A stretch of DNA of 49,544 nt. It comes from Atractiella rhizophila (taxonomy: Eukaryota). The translations under genes were made by a program, and so were the position numbers. Position 1 is the stretch's first letter. Each line of letters starts with the position of its first letter. Of this stretch, positions 1 through 11,811 are shown piece by piece. The notes beneath the pieces are model-generated. The model was not told where the DNA came from. It saw only the letters and a list, made by a program, of their open reading frames with translations, and searched no databases. The DNA lies in NCBI GenBank assembly GCA_021432655.1, contig MU271245.1:76211-125754 (forward strand), read 5' to 3'.

Positions 1-53
1 CGTGAGTACTTTGGATATTATCACCTGGACACGTACGAATTGTTGCTCCACAG

Positions 54-1205
54 ATCTACGGCTTCAAAAGATACAATGCCCTTCGAGCTCGAGAGGATAC
101 GCACGAGAGTCATTTCCGGAGAGTTACAAAGTTTGTCGCTTAGCTAGAGATGTTTCTTCAAGCTGAACGATTCATAGGTGTGGAGACATGAACATCTTCA
201 TCGCGATTCCCCCATTAAGGAACTGCAGAAAGTGCGACGACGAGCGGGGGCGAAGAAGACGCCGCCAACCACCAAACTGCCGGCGGACACCATCTCGACC
301 ATGGAAACACGAAGTCGACGCAACTCTCGCAGGTTAGTATCGCAAAGCAGCTGTTCCAGTTTGGCGACGACAGAATCTGATGCTACAACCCTGGACACCG
401 CCGATTCTCCTATCTTAACTCGTCAAAATTCGCAATTGTTATCTCCTCCGCAGGAGACTCCCTCTCCTTCGTTGCCGCCAGTCATTCCCCATGATGCAGT
501 TCTGGGAACTGTCGCGTCGAATCTTCCTATCCATGCCCCCCCATTGCACGAGTCTTCGTCCTGGTGGCCTGTCTCTTCGTCGCCTTCAGAATCTCCTACA
601 GCCGCTACTTTCTCCCTTTGCCGACCCCGGGATCATCTTACTGGCAACCTGCACACCTCAGCGGCGTTTCTCCTCTAGAATGGGATCGGGCCCACTTCTC
701 TTTCGAGGAATTACCCCGGGAGTATAGCCAATTCAAACCCTACCGCTCCTCCATCTGTTTTTTCCTCGACCTTCACCAACCCGTTGATGGCAACATCTGA
801 TGCAGCATCTCCTGAATTTGCCGTCGATACCCCTTCATCCATCAGTCGTCGACGTCCACTTGGAACTCTCCTGTTCTCTCCCACAAGTACCACCCAACGC
901 TTCCTGTCAACGCGGAGGTTCTCGCGTCCTCTCCAGAAGTTGAATTCCACCAACCAGTATACCAGGCTCCAACACAGCCTCCACCATCGATGGGAATGGT
1001 TGTCCCTTTTGCGGGCATTCCAACTTCGTCAAGCCAATACAGCTCGCACCCTATGGAACAGATTCCACTATACCCGGATCCGAGCATGGGTCACTACCAT
1101 CCGGCTTCGTATTACCTGGAACATCAGTATTCTCAAGGAACGATGGCACCAACGCAGCAGCCAGCTTTTGCGCAGGGTCCTTACGTGGTATCAGCTTACC
1201 AATGA
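54..1205 (+). CDS. HSF-type DNA-binding domain transcription factor, 5' partial; frameshifted as assembled (pseudogene or consensus errors)
   Basis: Intron gtgagt(2)..cag(53), then IYGFKR. After a second intron ending tag(177): VWRHEHLHRDSPIKELQKVRRR. Both resemble the C-terminal half of the HSF domain (LNxYGFxK...WxFxHxxFxR...LxxIxR). The Ser/Pro/Gln-rich tail continues across several frames to a stop at 1205. Confidence 0.55.
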
Positions 1206-2061
1206 AAGGTTTGTCGCTCCATCTCCTGTTCGCTTGATGCTTGCTAATGCGTTTCTGATGCAGTATTTCAACTATTTATCCATTATATCGAAAAGCGCTC
1301 GTCCGTTTTGTGTTTCTTTTATGCCCTCGTTCTCCCAGCGCAAGGAACAAGGACAGTCTCCAATATTTGTGTCACTCATGCTCAAAATTACATGTTTTTC
1401 ATGGCTCTCAGGAATCTTTGATCTGTTTAGTGCTTCGATTCTTCGTTCATACAGTTCGTTTGTTATTCTGGTGTGACTGAGAGTCAAACTTCTTTTTGCG
1501 GTATTAGCGTTGGTTTAGGAAATGCAATTGTTGTATTATACATTGTCACTCCAATTTAAGGCTTTGCCCTCTATTCTTGTGCCTTGCTCCGGGAAATCCA
1601 GAAGCAATGAATCTTCCACAGGGGAAGAAGGCTGGAGAAGAGTCAGGACTGGGAGAATCAATGACGGCTGTATGTCTGGGGAAAGAAGTCTTCACACGGG
1701 TGTGAAAATTAGGTGGAGCACTTGTTTAATAATCGACCGCGATCTTCCGAAGCTCTCCCTGCGAGTGGCGAGTGCTGTTCGTTTGTCCTGCTTTGTCGAT
1801 GTAAAGAAAAAAGATCGACTAATTGCACTTTGGGTACATTTTAATGGCTGTCAGGGGCACTTTGAGCCACATGTTCATCGAGCAGGGCGAGCGACGTGGC
1901 CGACAGTGACGCCCCAACATTGGCTCATGAGGGTAGGTCAACCTAGACAGCTTGAAGTGACGTGAGCCGTAACATGTCACACGTTGGTCTCGCATCAAGG
2001 AAACAAACATGCAATTCATGCACCGTATGAGAAAATCGAATGAAAGGACAATGAACAGCTC

Positions 2062-3114
2062 TCAGAATATGCCTCCTCGACCATGTCGCCGCAAGAAACC
2101 GTTCAACCACTCAGCATCATCCTTATTCTCTTGCACCTCCCTCCTCATCTCCCTCTCCTCTTCCATGCTCCTCCTCCGCTCCTGCTCTTCGTAGCCCCTT
2201 GCTACCTGAATTGCTATGCGGCGTTCGACCTCTCGCTGGCGTAAATAGTCCTCCTCATCTTTCTCACGCAACTCGTCGTCCTCCATAAAATCCGGTTCCT
2301 CTTCAAAAACTTGAGGCCGCTCGCGATCGGGACTAGGTTGATCTTCCAGTTCAGCACAGAAAGCGTCATAATCCTCATCCGATATCTGACCATCTTCCAA
2401 GGCTTCGTCCTCATCCATGTCAGGGAGAGACATGAACCCATCTCGTTGCTGCCTGCACATGGAATTAGCCAGTAGGCAAAATCGGGGAGGAAATGACGTA
2501 CTCATCCAAGATGCGCGGTGGCGACATCGACCGTCCTTGTTTCGCCTCTGGTACACGAGAGTAATAGCGGTGCTGACTCGACTCTCTCGCAAGGGAATCC
2601 GTTGTGGAAGGGTCATTGCAAGTCGCACTCGCAGGTGGGACGAGGAACGAAGCATCAATGAAAAGGTTTTCTACTTCGTTTGACTCTCGCCGTGTTTGAA
2701 TTCGCCGATCCACGACGATATGTGCCTGAACAAGAAGCAACTCATCGTAGAGGAGTTTGTATTGTTTTGACCTCGCATCCCTGCAACACAATGAACACGA
2801 TCAATACTGACCTGAAGAGAAGGAAAGGGGGCATACAAATGGTATAGGCCGTTAATGAGGGCTCTGGCTCGCGTCGAGAGCTCTTCAACGCTCATCACGT
2901 CCGGAGAAGTTTGACGCCTGTTAAGAAAATCGACGGTGTTATCAATAATTTGTTCAGATCTAACATCACTAAAAGCATCTTTATTGACGCTCTCAAAGTT
3001 AGATGTGGAAGCAGCAGATACCTTTTGATCCGCCAATGATAGTTCCATGTCTACATCGACATCCATTGGAACTACCAAAGTCGAACTTGAAGAATAGCTG
3101 TCGCTTGAAGACAT
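2062..3114 (-). CDS. Hypothetical protein with acidic/charged C-terminus (3 exons)
   Basis: ATG at 3114 (MSSSDSYSSS). An intron of about 2781-2836 (gtatgc..cag) joins LYHL to DARSKQYKLLYDELL in frame. An intron of about 2453-2500 (gtacgt..cag) joins to QQRDGFMSLPDMDEDE. Stop at 2062. No family recognised. Confidence 0.6.
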
Positions 3115-3395
3115 CTTGCGTGTCGGTGATTCGAAGATGGCCGAAGGTCGTGATTTGTTTCCGGTGGTTGGTGGAGGGAAGTGGTGAAGTAGGCAATCTT
3201 TATATACTTTCAGATTAGGGTCAGGGTTCCAGTTTGTACGTAATTGCTTACCATGACTCCGCCCAACATACCAACACATTAGGCTAAGACAGCGAGGTCA
3301 TGAGAGTGAGCGAGACAATCAAGGCGTTTCATAGTTTTAAATACAAAAGAAATCATAACAAATATCCTTAGGACGAGAAAACCGAATTCATCAAA

Positions 3396-6300
3396 TCATG
3401 GCGCAGTGGATGCACTATTTTCCCCAACATTGGGAATGGACGATGGTGCCATGTTCTCGACCTGCATAGGAGCTTCGTACTTCAACGTGGTGGCTGGAGA
3501 TGTAGCAGTAGCATAAGTCAGATGAGGAGCGTTTGTGACGGAGGTTGTCGCATAGGCTTGCTGAGGAATCTGAACAGGAGGAGCTGAACCATAATTTTGC
3601 TGAGGAGGCATTGTTGCAATAGAAGCCTGAACGGATGAAGTATACGCTGGTTGTGGAACCGACGGAACGGGAAGGTATGTTTGCTGATTCGAGGTGTAAG
3701 CTCCTTGTGGTTGAGACGTGGATGCAAATGAAACTTGAGGTACAAACTGCTGTTGTGGCTGTTGTCCAGCAGCAGAGAGAAGATTGGCAATCCCTGGAAG
3801 CGTTTGAGGATGCGAATGAGGAGGCTGGGCAGTTGTAGAAGTAGAGTATGGGTGCCTCATCGGGCCGCTCTGATGTGCCATCTGGGTTTGATGCGGCTGA
3901 GCAGAATAACCATAATGAGTGTAACCAGCTGGCATCTGTGGAGCCTGCACTCCCTGTGGCGGTTGGGGGTAATTGTAATAAGAGTTGGGGTTGCCGTAAT
4001 AATGCGCATTTTGCATTGGAGGAGGATACACAGGTGTAGGTGCCATTGGTGGTGGTTGAACTGATTGAGACGTCGACCGTCGCGGAGGCTCATTGATCGT
4101 AATTTTGCCCTTCGATCGTTTCTTCGAACGTCCCTCTAGAACACAATTAAATAAGATAACGAACTATTGAGCTCTCACCTGCAACCCAGTCCTCATCGGA
4201 ATCGTCTTCAAACTCGTGAATAAAATCAGGATCCAGCTTCTTCCTCTTCTTTCCAACCGGTGCTACCTTCGGTTGTGTGAATTGCACAGTGGGATACTTG
4301 AATTCCGACTTCTGTCCATCGTCAAACTCCACAATAACAGTCTTCGCGTCCCTGTTAATCGCCTTTAATTTAACCTCAAACGCGCCGCCGCCTGTCTTTA
4401 CTCTGATTCTCGAATCTAACTGCAGAGTGTCGATTTTGATCTGGAGCTCATTAGCCTTCCGTTCCGCTTCCAACTTCTTCCAATCAGGATTGTGCTGTCG
4501 ACATAGAATAACCGTCCGGAGTTCGCCAGATGCTTGTGAAAGATCTGGAGCGGTAGCCGCACCATTGCTATTTGATTCAGGTTTAGCTGGTTCAACAATG
4601 AGACTTCGAGCGTTATCTCCTTCTCCGATGATCGCATCGAGCACCACTCCACTACCGTCTTGGAGCGCGCAAGTGGCATGAAAAGCTCGAACGCATTTCC
4701 CCTTCGTGCACTGAACCGGAGCTCCGTGCTTCTCATTGCACAGTCCGCATTTCTACGACCCAATGAACACTGTGTGTATGATGGCGAGGAATCACAAACC
4801 AAAGTCCAGCGCGCCCTTTCAATCTGATTAAAACCACGAACAACATCTTCTTTAGCAATTGGGTCGAATTCGATCCAAGTTGCAGGTGTAAATGTGACCT
4901 TCATGATAAGGGACATGAGCAATCGGGTCTGCAATGGAAATTGAGACATACACAAACACGATGCGCCTTCTTTTCGTTTCCTGTACTCTTCTTCCCCGGC
5001 TCGCGAATGGGGACCAAGTGATCATCTGCTAGATCAGGACAGAGTGCACAGATGTAGTCCTTCTTCGGTGGCGGTGCAGGTTTGGCGGGGGGAGGTGGGG
5101 GCATCATGGTTTGCTGTTGTAATGGTTGCGAAGGCTGCTGAGCATCAAACTGTTGTCCGACTTGTCGAGGTTGTTGCGGCCGCGGGGCTTGGGGGTACCC
5201 AGCGGGTCTAGCGTTCTGCGTTTGAGGATGCATTGGTTGGCTACGTTGAGAGGGCTGCGCTTGATGCATCACGCTCATCGCTTGCTGCTGTTGATGGTGA
5301 TACTGCACGTGAGGCGGTTGCGGACTGGGGTATTGTCCTGGAAGATAGCTTCCATTTGGCGGACCCGTCTCAACTTTGAAGCGCTTCTGAGGTTGCCCAT
5401 GTTGTTCGTGTGATGGGAGCGGAGTAACGGCCACTGAGGAAGCTCGTGACGCGTTGGACACAGAAGATGGATGAGAACGTTTCTTCGACGCCTGCGAAGC
5501 TTTTAGTTTCTGTCTCTCCAGCCATTCGGCATTGTCTGCGAGCATTGCATCCACGTTGATGCTCACACTGTTCATCCGCTTTACCAGAAATTTCTTAGGA
5601 GAAAAGAAAGCAACGCACCTATCGGACATACATCGACAACTTTGAGCTTTTCTTCCCAGCTCCAGCCATGCTTTTGTAGCAAAATTGACACTCTCTGCGC
5701 AATTGAATCCTGTATTGAAACCTCTGTAAATCACATAAGGAAAGTCAGCGTCATCTCCTCTTGATTCATAAAGGTCAGAAACGTACGAGTGATAACCGTT
5801 CGGATACGTGAGCATAAACTCTCCTGGCAGTTGCACGCATCGATTAAGCTTTATTCCATGCTCTGCCAACTTCGTTGGACTGACAGAGAACGCCTTGTGC
5901 CTCAAGAACTGACTGCAAGTCTTATCTTGGCCGGGAAACATGCTGGCCATGACGCGCTCAAAACGATCTTTCCCTCCCATTCCCCCGCCTGCGCCGCCAT
6001 TCTCATCTCCCTTCCCCTGCGGAATGGCGTACCAAAATTTAGGCGCACCGAAGTGCAGATAGTTTATCGAATAAAGATCACAATCTTCCACGTGCCAAGC
6101 AAATGTGGCCTTCCACATCCCGAAGTAAAGATATGGCGTATTAACTCCCGGAATCTGCTTTCGAGCCCTCGGAAGGAGTTCCGTGAGGAAAGATTCGAGA
6201 TGAGCGACGTTCCATTCCTTCGTCTCATCCGTAAATAAAGACCCTTTCAAATCGGCACCGTACATCGCCGGTGTGTCGTTGAGCGTCAAAGTTCTCCAAT

Positions 6301-8364
6301 ATGTCCGTTCAACATCACGACAAGCCTCCTGAGAGTACTGTTCCTTCGTCGCCCCGTAAGGAAGAGACTCAAAATCCCAAACCGCCCACTCAGCGTCATC
6401 GATTTCAGTGAGTTCAGCCTGTGTCTTCCGCTTAGCTCGCTTCTTTTCTGGCTGTGTCGAGCCTGTCGTAGTATCCACAGCTTGCCCTTCAGAACCTAGA
6501 GGGAGCAGAGAAGGTTCGATGTTCGCATCACTGGACGCAGAAGCTGGGATGTGTTGCGATCCGGAGGCAAGATCTCGAGGAAGGGATGCAGCTATTTGCG
6601 AGAGAAGGGAAGGTGTTAATCCTTCAGGAAGTGCCGGCATGGTATCCGTTGCCATCACTGCTGTCCCTGTCGTCGACGCGGGAGGGAGAACAGATTCATG
6701 CGACTGAGAGTCTGAGGCGATGGTACCGCCGGCTTCCGCTGAGGTTGCATCGATAGAAGTTGCAGAAGCAGGGCGATCTACTTCCATCGGTTCGGGCGCG
6801 GTCACAGTTTCCTCAGCTGCAGGTTGCACCACAGTCGTCACAGCACCAGATGATGGCTCCTCCTCCTTCTCCTGTGATTGTGCTACGGTCGTCTCTTCTT
6901 TCGAGTCAGGCTCTCGCATGATCACATCCTCCTCATCCTTTTTCTCCTCCTCCGCTTCTTCTTCCTCTTTCACCTCAACTTTCGCACGGCTCCTCCTCGG
7001 CTTCTTCTTCTCCTCTTTCCTTCCCAACTTGAAGAAATCGGGTGGTCGATGAGCGGGAGTCTCACTTAATTCTTTAAACTGTGTCATTCAGCAAATCAGC
7101 TCGCCATTTCCTTAATAGATATATAACCAACCATTTTAGCGTTGTACTGTTTACTCTTCGCAATATTCGTATACTTATACGTTCCCGCATTCCCAATAAC
7201 AGTTTGAGAAATTGGCTCCCTTATCCTGACGTTCTTCAGCGGCTCTCTGACGCTGGGAAGGCTGTCCTTCCATTCTTCGGGTGGTATGACCTTGACGATC
7301 CCACTCTTCATTCCGTACCTATCCACCGCTTTGATGAAGGTATAAAAGTCACTGAATTCTTCCATAGAAGGCATGAACACTGGGATTCCTCTTTGACTAT
7401 GCGGAGGTTTCCCTTTCTTGGTCCATTTGTGCGCCGGGTCTTTAGGAGGAAGATCCGCTGGGCGCCGCGGATGAGGATAGGAAGGGACATAGGAAGAATC
7501 GTAGTAGTAAGCTGGTCGTATGCGTGGTAATTCCTTCCCAGTCTCAGGGTCGATGGGCAATGGTCGCTTCCTTCGCTTTCGGACGCGCTTCTGAGTGGTT
7601 GAATCTTCTTCCGAATAGGATTCCTCCGACGAGGAATCTGAAGAGTCGGAAGACGACTCGTCTTCTTCTCGTTGGAGTCGTGAGCTCGTCACAGACTTGG
7701 TGGACGTGTTGGATGGCATTCGTGCTGGTGCAGCTGCGGATACTGGAGAAGCTAACCCAGCTGCTGCCTGTGCTGGCGCGTGGGGCTGGCCATGAGGGAG
7801 GGACGCAGAAGCGGGCGCTTGATAAGGATAGCCGTTCCCACCTCCTTGTACTGAAGGCGGAGGAAGAGGTTGTTGATGTTGGTGCAACACATTTGGTCCA
7901 GGGTAAGGGATTGACGTTGGTGGACTTCTCGAGTCTAGACTCATTGGCGTAGGAGGCTGAAAAGGTGGGATATTGACCGCAGAAGGGGAACCCATCGTCG
8001 TATGAGAAAAGGTAGTTTGCGAAGGAGGAAGAGGACGAGACGGAGTCGCGTAAGAAGGATGCGGAAGTTCTTCGTGTTGACTTGATTCTCTCATTGTGCC
8101 CGATCCCTCCTGCGCTGACACTACATGAGAAAACGAACCATTTCTATCCGCGATCCCATTGCCGAGCGTCTCATTTTCTGGAGCGATAACACTCAGATAC
8201 CCATCCCCTCCCGACCCTTGTGGCTGCGGCATTTCCTCGGCAGGTAAGGTTGTTGTTGGCATTTCTTGAATTTGTGACAAATTGACTTGAGTCGCTGGAA
8301 GAGATATTGGCTGGCCTCCGTCTACTGCAAGAGGTCCCGAGGGAGGAACAGATAGGGCTTGCAT
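3396..8364 (-). CDS. RPH1: JmjN/JmjC histone demethylase, KDM4/Rph1 family, with extended PHD zinc finger and Q/P-rich tail
   Basis: JmjN (IPVFMPSMEEFSDF..YGMKSGIVKVIPPEEW). JmjC (IPGVNTPYLYFGMWKATFAWHVEDCDLYSINYLHFGAPKFWY; GYHS/GFNTGFNCAESVNFA) with the H-x-E...H iron ligands intact. ePHD (CALCP..HRVC..KCGLC..QCTKGKCVRAFHATC..LCRQH). Start codon inferred. Confidence 0.9.
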
Positions 8365-8707
8365 GGCTACACCACTGATGCTGATGCTGTCCAGTTGTGA
8401 CAATTCCTCTTTAGGGCTGGATGGAGAAAGATGCACCTTGATGCATGCTGAAGACAATTGTCCGCGGTGTTGTTACCTTACTGTTGAGTAGGGCGAGCAT
8501 TGTGATAGGAAGGTTGGAAAACAAAGCGAAAGGACGCTCATATGTGATGGTAAGTTAATAGGCGGCGTAAAGGATAATTAACATGTTATCCATGTATGAC
8601 GAGGTACAGAAACATTAATATATAATGTTACACGACCATCCCGCTTCAGTCCAGTTCTAGTCAGAGTCCATGCGCCCATCAAACTACTATCAAGACAAAG
8701 GATCCCT

Positions 8708-10276
8708 TCATTGACGTGGTGGTGCCCATTGAAAAGATGAAGCGGCAGGCGTGGGAATGACAACTCTGCGATTCTTGACGTTTGCTGCTCTCAAGTCCGT
8801 CAGAGACGCGTTGATCTTTTCCAATGGCACGGTGTGAATGAGCGGCTTGAGTACACCCTGCAGGATTTCTGTTATCTTTCTGCTCAGGCCAAGGGGGAAC
8901 TTCCGATGCGCACCTTTGACATGAGCTCGAGTGTGGTTTGAACGTTTGCTTTGGAACCGTAGAGCGACCCGAGAACTGTTCAGAAGGTCACGGTAAGAGC
9001 GGGCACAACATAGAAGAGACACGAACTTTGGACCTGGGATTGAACTATCTCGGTTGTGCTGATGTTCACAGGCTCTGCAGCTACACCAACCTGATGATCA
9101 AAATCAGTGGTGTATGCAAACACGAGAGGGAGACTTACGCAAACCATCTTCGGAGCACGTTCAAACTTCAATGCCGTATTTTTTACAGCTGCAAAGGCTT
9201 GGGCGAAAGCTTCACAGTTTAAAGTTGGTGAGGTGTTTCTTTGACAAGAAAATGGAAAACGCACTGATAGCTTTCCCAACGAAGTCAATGGTAACATCCA
9301 TATTCAGCTCTCCGGCCGCATTGAGAGCATTTAGTTCAATAGCATCGTACGCCGCCTTTGCTCCATTGTCGAGCGCCAGCTTCCTGCTTGACGGTTTCAA
9401 GTCGACTGCATAAACTGTGGCTCCAATATCCACGCAAATTTGGACAGCTTGTAATCCCAACCCTCCAATCCCAAAAATCATTACCCTCATCCCAGGACGA
9501 ACCTACATGGGATTAGATATACAATCGAAGAAGAGAGAAAAATGAACCTGAGCGGTTTCTGTTATGGCGTGGAAAGCGGTCGTGGAACAATCGCCAGTTA
9601 AGCAGGCAAGTTCCGGAGGAAGACCATGAGGGACTGGAACAAGCTGAGAGGCTTTTACAGTCACATATTCCTATGTATCTCTTCAGTTTGCACTTGAACT
9701 GACGGAATGAGAGCTGCAGACAGCATAACCTCCGTTTCTCCCAATACCCACTCCTTCGGCAATGTTCAAGCCGCGGACACATGGATCATCCACATAAACA
9801 ACGTAGAGGTGACCTAGGTCGACGTGCGTGGGATCGACAGTTGAACCCAGTCTTTGGATTCATCAGAAGGAAGTGTTGCTGAAGATGGCCAGAGACTAAC
9901 TTGACGGCCACACCAGCAATCTCATGTCCCATTATAAATGATGAAGGGTTGTTTACTTCCGTCAAAAGCCAGACCTTTGAAAAACCACCCAAGGAATCAA
10001 CCCTACGCAAGCAGTGATACGATGAGACGTACATCTACATAAAGCGCAACAACTTCAGTAATAAGAACGTGTTCATAAAAAATTCTTACCAGTGTGGCAC
10101 AAACCGCAAGCCTAGAGACAACGTGGGTCACTTCAAGCATCTCCTCAAACAAAAAAACGTACCTTTACTTCCAGTAAGACTTCATCGGGGGCAGGGGTAG
10201 GCACAGGGACGCGTTTTAAGACCGCTTGATCGTTGCCTGGAACGTACCAGGCAGAGAGCATTGTTTCTGATGACAT
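8708..10276 (-). CDS. Zinc-dependent medium-chain (MDR) alcohol dehydrogenase-like protein, intact copy
   Basis: Spliced model: MSSETMLSAW..EVK/ACGLCHTD/VWLL..MGHEIAG..GRNGGYA/EYV..LTGDCSTTAFHA../VRPGMRVMIFGIGGLG..LGSLYGSK../GVLKPLIHTVPLEKINASL. Has the catalytic CHTD and GHE motifs and the GxGGLG Rossmann motif. Lacks the 4-Cys structural zinc loop. Confidence 0.88.
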
Positions 10277-11811
10277 TTCCGGTAGATGGATAGGTAGAGG
10301 AGGTGAAGCAGTGAAAGGTTCCTTAACTCTTTTGCCACAACAGTTGAAGTGAGCAAGCTGTGTCGAAAACAATACCGTCATCTAAGCTTTTATAATCAGG
10401 CCGCAGGACCAATGCTGGACACTTCATTCTTAGACGAAGAAATATTCCCGCGGTTCTCTGCAGACGACCGACTCCATGGAGGAAAAACGAGAGAAGCGAG
10501 GAATACTTACAAAGTTCTACCAACTGGGCCGGGACAAAACACAGGTTATTGTTTTACAACATAGGATCGGATTGATTGCTCTTGGCAAATAGTCCGGCCA
10601 CGGTGCGTAGCAATATTCACAGGAGGTTGTACTAGCCGTACAATCTGAGTAAAGCTATCACATGGAGTAATTACTGGAAAGGGGGCTGTAAACTTCGAAG
10701 AAACTGAGGCTACTTTGTGCACCTTCTTAGCCGTTGCCGATAAACGGATGAACTTGGCGAAGGGTTGGAGGAGACAAACAAATGAAGCTTAAAGGTGGTA
10801 GATATCAAAGAAGGCAACCGAATGTAATACTATGATGTTATAGAGCGACTTTTGTGTAAGGGTAGTTGCAAACCTCCGGGAGTATGTCAAAGCGGATGCT
10901 CTCAGTTGTGTGTCAAGACAATGTTTGGTATTTCGAACCAAAAGCACTCCACGATATCAAAATTTGATGCCTCAAACCCAAAGTGGAGCAACTTGATCCC
11001 GCTTGATCAACCACGACCAAAGGAAGAGGACGACGTGGCTGGAAAGGAGAGCAACACACGGTCATTAAATTTCCATAATGATCAGATCCCAAGCAGTATT
11101 CAGGCAGGCTATACTCGCCACACTACTCTTGTTGGATAACACCTAGAACTAATTTGCACGTGCTCTGCAAGAATATGGTGATGACATAATCGTCCGCCCG
11201 ACCCGAGACGTGATGTCCTGCACATCTTGATTTTGCTCCTCACACAGGATCTTGCTGGCTGCAGGTCGCTTGTGCTGCCGTCCATGGATTGGAGGTGGTA
11301 GAGAAGATTTTGGAAGGGAACGATGAAACCACATTCCCGTTGTCGAGAACCGTTGCTTTCAACCAGTTGGCGAACATGTCAAGGATCGCTTGACTTGGAA
11401 TGGGAATAGTCCCGAGGTACGACTGTTGTCTCTGCAATGGTGCACGGGTTCCAAAGAGATCTAATACAGTTCTATGGCTTGTGTTATGAAAAAAAAGCCT
11501 TGTTTCGGCCGTGCCACTTCGTGACATCTGGCCAAAGTTGGCTTCACGTACTTTACTGGTGCAGGAATCGTGAATGTTGTTGTTGATGGTGAATTGATGG
11601 CTGTGGAAGCCATGGTGGATGGATGGATCTCCGCCAAATCGCTCTGTAGAGCAAATTTTGCTGAGCGAGAAAATATAGCTACACCGACGAGAAGATTTAG
11701 CTACTGGAACGTCGTCATGCAGGCGAAATGCTGCTGCAACCGAACGGATTGAGCCTTTGAGCCTTTGACATCTGCCTGTCTGTATTTACACCATTCAGAC
11801 GATATTTACAC
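8827..11811. repeat. Tandem duplication unit A (about 2985 bp)
   Basis: Near-identical to 11813-14788 (offset 2986 at the start). The ORF-track entries repeat. One extra base (a, 11812) sits at the junction. Confidence 0.97.
11240..11613 (-). CDS. Candidate small two-exon orphan protein (about 106 aa), copy A
   Basis: ATG 11613 (MASTAINSPSTTTFTIPAPVK). A 53-nt intron 11499-11551 (gtacgt..aag) joins in frame to LFFHNTSHRTVLDLF..QQDPV*. Both SNPs versus copy B in this ORF are synonymous. Confidence 0.4.
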
